A stretch of 64,000 nucleotides of DNA from NCBI GenBank assembly GCA_963823665.1, contig CAWGMQ010000004.1:224001-288000 (forward strand), written 5' to 3'. Shown here in pieces: positions 58,434 to 64,000 of the stretch. Position numbers and translations under genes: made by a program. How positions within the stretch are numbered: the first letter of the stretch is position 1; the number at the start of each line of letters is the position of its first letter. The stretch is from an uncultured Planctomycetota bacterium. GTDB taxonomy: Bacteria > Planctomycetota > Planctomycetia > Isosphaerales > Isosphaeraceae. The notes under the pieces were generated by a model, which worked only from the letters and a program-made list of their open reading frames with translations, had not been told where the DNA came from and ran no database searches.

Positions 58434-58506
58434 GGTATCGCTCCGATCCCGGAAGGCCTGCCCTCAATGCGACGAATTCCCTCGGAACCCCTCGAGCGAG
58501 GGACGG

Positions 58507-58515
58507 ATTCTACCA
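58507..58515 (-). promoter_or_regulatory. Candidate extended -10 promoter (TGnTAGAAT) for the LRR kinase
   Basis: TGGTAGAAT on the minus strand about 75 nt upstream of the ATG. Confidence 0.35.
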
Positions 58516-58533
58516 CATCTGCGGGGATCTGAA

Positions 58534-58556
58534 ACAAAGGTTCCTGACCCCTTTGT
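58534..58556. terminator. Hairpin (terminator or REP-like) after the lipoprotein gene
   Basis: ACAAAGG-TTCCTGACC-CCTTTGT. Confidence 0.45.
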
Positions 58557-58575
58557 TCTGCCAGCTCGAATCGCT

Positions 58576-58992
58576 TCAACGGAGCCCCAAATGAATGTTG
58601 ATCGACTTGCCATCGAGATCGACACTCAGCATCCCATCCACCCCGCTCTTCGGGAAGAGGGGAAGCCCCGTCGGCGTGACCAAACCGTCGCCCTCGGCCT
58701 TGAGATCCACCTTCTTCTTCCCGACGGTGAGGGTTCCCGCAGCGGGCGATGGCGAATAAGGGGTGGTGCCGTCATTCCTGAGGAAGTAGAAGGAGATCTC
58801 GGCGCTGATCGGAGACCTCCCCGACACCTCCTTCTTGACAACTTCGACGTATCCCTGGCCGCCTGAAATGGCGATCCGGTTCCCTTTGTGGGGCGGAGGC
58901 GGTCCCGAATATGACGTCGAGGCAGGCCCCCCACCGCAACCGGCGAGAAGTCCAAGGAACACGAGACAACCCGAGCGCACGATCTTGAACAT
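58576..58992 (-). CDS. Lipoprotein, likely partner of the DUF1559 gene
   Basis: MFKIVRSGCLVFLGLLAG|C lipobox; PPPHKG motif; directly downstream of DUF1559. Confidence 0.8.
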   Translation of the reverse strand: MFKIVRSGCLVFLGLLAGCGGGPASTSYSGPPPPHKGNRIAISGGQGYVEVVKKEVSGRSPISAEISFYFLRNDGTTPYSPSPAAGTLTVGKKKVDLKAEGDGLVTPTGLPLFPKSGVDGMLSVDLDGKSINIHLGLR

Positions 58993-59139
58993 CGAAGAAG
59001 TCCTCTCACCGCAGGGGGCGAATAAAACCGTTTCAGTGGGAAGGCGGAAGCATGATGGAAACAGCATTGTCTCGGGGACGGAGGAGTCTCACTTCATCCG
59101 CGGATCGACGAGATCCGCCGGCTTCGAGGTCAACGATCC

Positions 59140-60273
59140 TCAGTACGAATCGGAGCTGATCACCTCGCCGCCGGCTCGCGTCGAGAGCTGCTGGTAGACG
59201 CCGAGGCTCGCGCCGTTGTTGACGAGGTAGTGGCCCGTCTTCGAGTAAGGAGCCGTCGCGGCAATGGACTGGTAAAGCGTGCCGTCCGGCATGGAGTCGC
59301 CGGAGCCGTCGTTATTGCCGGTGTTGAAAGTCCAGGAGCTGATGGAATTCTTGATGAAGTGCACGGAACCGTCGCAGCAAGCGAAGTTCGCACCACCGGG
59401 GTGGAAGCTCCCTGCCGCCGTCGGGCCGAAGTATCCGTAGCCGGAGCTGCCGATCGGCAGACTGTTTCCCATCCCGATGTTAAGAGGATAGAGCGTCGCG
59501 AACAGGCTGTCGTACCAGCGGCCGGAGTTCCACGCGTTGTCCGAGATGGCATAGGCCGGATCCACGATGAACAGGTGCCCCTTGCTGTGCTCGGCGAACA
59601 GGAAGGTGTTGCTGGTGCCGTCGGTGATGCTCGCGATCTTGACGGAGCTGTCGTTGTAGATAACGCCGGTGTAATACGGCAGTGGAGTGGGCGGCATCAG
59701 ATTGGAGAAGCCGAAAGTCCAGGTGCCCGCATTGCCGCCGTAGCTGGTGAATGCCTGGGTCCAGTTGCCGGGCGGCAACGGATACACCTCATTGAAACTC
59801 CATCCGGGTGTGACGCCAGAGGACGCCTGCGTCGCGGGGAGGGCGATCGTCTGGTTCTGTGTGTCGCTCGGGCAGATCAGCGAGTTGATCTGCACGCCGG
59901 CAATCGTCAGGTTGCCCGGGTCGGATGAGCAGAGGTTGAAATTGGCCGCGTTGTACATCGGTGCTTGCTCGAAGAACGGCAGCATGCGAGCGAAGCAACT
60001 GAAGTTCTCCGGATACGTGGCCCAGTGAGGGGGGTTGAACATTGTGCCCGAATACGATCCGCCGGGGAAGCAGCCGTTGGTCGACTCGTAGTTCATGGCG
60101 GCCAGGGCGATCTGCTTCAAGTTGTTGGTGCACTGGGAGCGGCGCGCGGCCTCACGGGCCGCTTGCACCGCCGGCAACAAGAGGGCGATCAAGACGGCTA
60201 TGATCGCAATCACGACCAGGAGTTCGATCAGCGTGAAACCACGCACGAGACGGGGCGTCGAAGTGGAGGTCAT
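59140..60273 (-). CDS. DUF1559 prepilin-type N-terminal cleavage/methylation protein with H-X9-DG motif
   Basis: RGFTLIELLVVIAIIAVLIALLLPAVQAAREAARRSQCTNNLKQ; ITDGTSNT; SFHPGGANFACCDGSV; TRAGGEVISSD. Confidence 0.96.
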   Translation of the reverse strand: MTSTSTPRLVRGFTLIELLVVIAIIAVLIALLLPAVQAAREAARRSQCTNNLKQIALAAMNYESTNGCFPGGSYSGTMFNPPHWATYPENFSCFARMLPFFEQAPMYNAANFNLCSSDPGNLTIAGVQINSLICPSDTQNQTIALPATQASSGVTPGWSFNEVYPLPPGNWTQAFTSYGGNAGTWTFGFSNLMPPTPLPYYTGVIYNDSSVKIASITDGTSNTFLFAEHSKGHLFIVDPAYAISDNAWNSGRWYDSLFATLYPLNIGMGNSLPIGSSGYGYFGPTAAGSFHPGGANFACCDGSVHFIKNSISSWTFNTGNNDGSGDSMPDGTLYQSIAATAPYSKTGHYLVNNGASLGVYQQLSTRAGGEVISSDSY

Positions 60274-60405
60274 GGATCCGGGCTCCTCACGGTAGGGGAT
60301 CACGTACTTCCCGACACCGATTGCGATCGGGATCGGCAGGACGCACGGGACAAAAGAGAAACGGCTGATTCTCCGGACAGACATCGTCGGTCGTGGATGG
60401 ACCTT

Positions 60406-63400
60406 TCATCTCCCATCCACCGGCCGTGATTTCCAGGCCAGGAAAACGTCTCGATAGTGGTCGGGGTCCTTCCGGAACGTGGATTGATCGACGAACTCAA
60501 CACCCTCGGTGAGGTCGATCTGTTGCCCGGTCAGCAGACGCATCAGCGCCTTCGAGTCGACGAAGGGGACGTCGAACCGAGGGAGCGGAAACGTGAGCGT
60601 CTCGGCTCCCACGACCGCATTCAAAGACCGGCCGGCGGCGTCGAACCACAGGGCCGCCGGCCTGGTTCGGTTGCCGTAGGGAATGGTGAGGAGCCGCTCG
60701 CCCCGTTCCACGTCGAACATGCGGAAGCCGTAGACGTAGTCGTCTACCGCCAGCCGCCGGCTATCGGGGACGGCCTGGCGGCCAGCAACCCGATCGCCCC
60801 CGGCGCGGTCGTCGTACACCGCCAACCGCCGGCCATCCGGGCTCACGCCGATCGCCAACTGTCCGCCCGGCTGGCTGACCGCCGGGCCGAGCGGGATGCC
60901 CGTGTCCGCGTCATACATCCGAGCCTGACCGTCACTCGAAGCCAGCAGGACTCGTCGTCCGTCGTCCGAGAACTGCACCTTCCGGAGATATCCCCGGAAC
61001 CTCCGGTTGTGGTGGACGATCGCGCCGGTGTCGACGTCCCAGACGGTCAGCGTGCCGGTCGACTCGATCGCGACCGCCAAGCGGCGTCCGTCGGGAGAGA
61101 CGGACGCATCGCTCACCCACCTTGCACGGCTCGGCTGCTCGAATACCTGCGGGCCGGGGTCCGGATGACGGGTCGGGCCGAACACGCGCCGGCCGGCCGT
61201 CAGGTCCCACACGGAGAGCGTCTTCTCGTCATCCAGGCAGACGATCCGCGTCCCGTCCCGGGACAGGTTAACCGGCCGGAGCATTTCCGGCGTTAACCTG
61301 GTATTCTCGCGCGGATCGGCCGGGATGGCGGCGGCGACCGGCGGACTGGACGAAATGCGGGTGTTCCAGCGCCAGCGCGGATCGATCAGCGTGGCTGCCG
61401 CCACGACCGGCCCGGCCGGGGCGACGGTTTCAGGGTCCCACGCCCGGATGGCTCGACCGCCGGAAACGACCAGCCGCGAGCCATCGTCACTGAAGCGAGC
61501 CCCGTCGACCGAGCCGGGGTGAGAGATCGGGCGCGGCGCGACGTTCGGCCCCGAGCCATACCACGCTTTCCCGTCATTCGTCCATTCCACCCAGCGCCGC
61601 GCGTCCGGGCTGTAAGACCGGAATGTCGATTGGTCCGTCATAACCGTGACCAGGAGGTTCGCGCGTCCGCAGTCGTATCGATAGGGGTGGGAGGGCGGAG
61701 TGCGCGGCCCTGTGGCCCAGACCCGCACGGTGCCATCCTGGCTGGCCGCCAGGTACCGGGAGCTGTCCGCGGTGAATACGACCGCGCTACAGAAGTCGCC
61801 GCACCGCTGCGGCGGACCGGCACGCAGACCAGTGGCCGCGTCCCACAGGCTGACCAGGCCCCCGCTGCTGCACGTGAGCAGCCATTTGCCATCCGGGCTG
61901 ACCGCGCCGAGGTTCGCTTCCCGCGGATGAGACAACTCGTGAACGACCTGGCCGTGCTTGAGCTCGACCACCAACGCCACATTGGTATTTCCGGTCACCA
62001 GCACCCGGTCGGTATTGGGCACGAAGTACGTCTCGACCACCCAGTATCTCGTGCCGAAGGGGATTTTCCGCACGGCGTCCTTCTCGCCGCCCGCCCACAC
62101 TTCCAATCCCCTGCCGTCGGAGCTGAGCACGGCCCGGCCATCCGGCGCGAATTTGGGCCAGCTATCCTGGTTGAACGCGTAACGCTCGGTGTCCGTCGGC
62201 TGCCGGTAGGAGAGCGTCGGCGAGATGGCCTTCGGCGGATCGACATCCCAGACCCGGACGAGCTTATCCCGGCCGGCGGTGAGGAGCCGGGACCCATCGG
62301 AGGAGAACGCCAGATGCTCGATCACCATGTCGACGGGCAACCGCCAGGCGATCGGCTTTCCGTCGATGGCGGACCACATCCGCACCGTCCTGTCCTCGGC
62401 GGCGGTCGCCAGTCGCTTGCCGTCGGGGTGGAACGCGACCCAGGTCAGCGGGCCGTCGTGTTTCAGGGTGTATCGCCTGGCCCCGTTGGCCGAATCCCAG
62501 ACGCACGCGGTGCCATCGGCCGATGCCGTGGCGACCGACTTCCCGTCGGGACTGTACGCGATGTGCCGCACCCGGCCGGCGTGCGACAGGGCTGGCGCGG
62601 CGAGCCGGCTGCTCTCGTAATCCCACAGATAAGCCTCGTTCCCGTCGGTCCGGGTGAGGACGCGCCGTCCGTCCGGCGAGAAGACGGCGTCGCAAACCTT
62701 CGTCTTGTGGAAACACGCCCCGACCAGGTCGGGCATCTCGGCGAGTGCCCCGGCGATCCGCGTCCGATGAGCGGCGTCGGCCGACGGGTCGGCATGGTCC
62801 TGCTCCCACGCCCGGTGGAACCAGAGGAGGGCCGCAGTGATGTCGCGGTCGTCCTGGTATCGGACGCCGGAGAAGACGTAGAGACGCGTCAGTCGTTTCC
62901 GCGCCTCCTCGGCCGATTCCTCGGCGGCCCGACGCGCGATGGAGGCTCGGACCGAGGCGGTCTCGGCGTCTTTTCGCGCGCGGGTCGCCTCGCGCTCCCG
63001 GTCAACCGCCGTGCCGCGCTCGTTCTCCGCGCGAACGGCGTAGAACGATGCAAACCCGGCCCCGGTGAGCGTCGCGAGCAAGACCGCCGCGACCAGCGAT
63101 GCAACGGCGGGGTTTCGCCGGCACCACCGCACGGTTTGCTCGGTCAGGGTCGCGCGACGGGCCCGGATCGGCTCGTCGACGAGGAACCGCCCCAGGTCTT
63201 CGCCGAGCGCCTCGGCCGATGGGTACCGCGTCTTCGGGTCCTTCTCGATCGCCTTCAAGACGATCGTCTCCAAGTCCCGCGGGATCCGAGCATCGATGGC
63301 CCGCGGCCGCTCCGGTTCCTCGCCCTTGATCTGCTCGATCAGCCTGAGCCGGTCCGAGCAGTCGAATCCCGGGCGCAGGGTGAGTAGCTCGTAGAGCGTC

Positions 63401-64000
63401 ATCCCCAGTGAGTAGACGTCGGCCCGAGCATCCCCTTCACCCCGGAAGCGTTCGGGGGCCATGTAGCGAATCGTCCCCAGGATGTCGCCGCTCTGGGTCA
63501 GCCCTTCGTCTTCCGCCTTGGCCAGGCCGAAGTCGGCGATCCAGACGACCCCCTCGGTGTCGAGGAGCAAGTTCGCCGGCTTGATGTCGCGGTGGACGAT
63601 CCCTCGCGCGTGGGCGTAGGCCAAGCCCCCGGCGACCTGCCGGCCGATCTGCGCCAGGCTGCGGAAGAACCCGAGCCCACCCGAGTCGACCGAGGAGAGC
63701 TGGCTACCCCCGGGCAAGACCGCGGAGCTGGACGACGGGGAGAATTGCGATGAACCAAGGAGATGGTTTTTCGTGGTTGCCGGAGTCGGAGGCGTCGTCC
63801 CAGATCCGTTAACGTCCGGGTCGGCTTGAGGAACGCCCATGCGGAATTCTGCCTGGCCATCGAGCTCGTCAATTTCGCCTGCGGTCATACACTCGGTCCG
63901 GGTGTCCGCCACCACGACGTCGGATTTGGTTGCGCGATGCTTGGCCAGGATCGCCGTCGCGGTTGCGAGGTTTCCGTTGCGTGTGCTGCCCAGCATTGAT
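60406..64000 (-). CDS. Ser/Thr protein kinase with WD40 repeats, 5' part outside the window
   Basis: HRDIKPANLLLD, DFGLAK, GTIRYMAPE; TM segment after RWCRRNP; many FSPDG...LATAS.D.T.RVWD repeats. Confidence 0.95.
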   Translation of the reverse strand, partial: SMLGSTRNGNLATATAILAKHRATKSDVVVADTRTECMTAGEIDELDGQAEFRMGVPQADPDVNGSGTTPPTPATTKNHLLGSSQFSPSSSSAVLPGGSQLSSVDSGGLGFFRSLAQIGRQVAGGLAYAHARGIVHRDIKPANLLLDTEGVVWIADFGLAKAEDEGLTQSGDILGTIRYMAPERFRGEGDARADVYSLGMTLYELLTLRPGFDCSDRLRLIEQIKGEEPERPRAIDARIPRDLETIVLKAIEKDPKTRYPSAEALGEDLGRFLVDEPIRARRATLTEQTVRWCRRNPAVASLVAAVLLATLTGAGFASFYAVRAENERGTAVDREREATRARKDAETASVRASIARRAAEESAEEARKRLTRLYVFSGVRYQDDRDITAALLWFHRAWEQDHADPSADAAHRTRIAGALAEMPDLVGACFHKTKVCDAVFSPDGRRVLTRTDGNEAYLWDYESSRLAAPALSHAGRVRHIAYSPDGKSVATASADGTACVWDSANGARRYTLKHDGPLTWVAFHPDGKRLATAAEDRTVRMWSAIDGKPIAWRLPVDMVIEHLAFSSDGSRLLTAGRDKLVRVWDVDPPKAISPTLSYRQPTDTERYAFNQDSWPKFAPDGRAVLSSDGRGLEVWAGGEKDAVRKIPFGTRYWVVETYFVPNTDRVLVTGNTNVALVVELKHGQVVHELSHPREANLGAVSPDGKWLLTCSSGGLVSLWDAATGLRAGPPQRCGDFCSAVVFTADSSRYLAASQDGTVRVWATGPRTPPSHPYRYDCGRANLLVTVMTDQSTFRSYSPDARRWVEWTNDGKAWYGSGPNVAPRPISHPGSVDGARFSDDGSRLVVSGGRAIRAWDPETVAPAGPVVAAATLIDPRWRWNTRISSSPPVAAAIPADPRENTRLTPEMLRPVNLSRDGTRIVCLDDEKTLSVWDLTAGRRVFGPTRHPDPGPQVFEQPSRARWVSDASVSPDGRRLAVAIESTGTLTVWDVDTGAIVHHNRRFRGYLRKVQFSDDGRRVLLASSDGQARMYDADTGIPLGPAVSQPGGQLAIGVSPDGRRLAVYDDRAGGDRVAGRQAVPDSRRLAVDDYVYGFRMFDVERGERLLTIPYGNRTRPAALWFDAAGRSLNAVVGAETLTFPLPRFDVPFVDSKALMRLLTGQQIDLTEGVEFVDQSTFRKDPDHYRDVFLAWKSRPVDGR

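Overview
GC-rich bacterial DNA with clear Planctomycetota signatures (probably Isosphaerales-like): LEPR-xLL secreted proteins, a DUF1559 prepilin-like protein, three Hanks-type Ser/Thr kinases, Uma2 paralogues and GTAG REP-like palindromes. The centrepiece is a ~23 kb minus-strand unit (30319-7188): a Ser/Thr kinase with an N-terminal HxxxCxxC motif and TPRs, then a ~6,330 aa surface protein, then an ECF sigma factor. The surface protein has 7-8 beta-helix repeat units, six LamG domains with variable aromatic loops, and FG-GAP repeats. This unit is divergent from a histidine kinase / response regulator / REC-PAS-GGDEF-EAL c-di-GMP operon. Housekeeping content: aquaporin, tadA, tRNA-Ser(CGA), clpX, aminotransferase, apt, a foldase, ggt, HU, pcm, vapBC and an amino-acid ABC transporter. 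Mobile DNA: an ISKra4-like element inserted at a REP with an unusually long (18-20 bp) flanking direct repeat, and a truncated IS1202/ISNCY-like left end. About a dozen 1-2 nt frameshifts, including one in the usually essential tadA, suggest an unpolished long-read assembly, so split genes are treated as probably intact. All family assignments come from motif recognition by eye; no database search was run.
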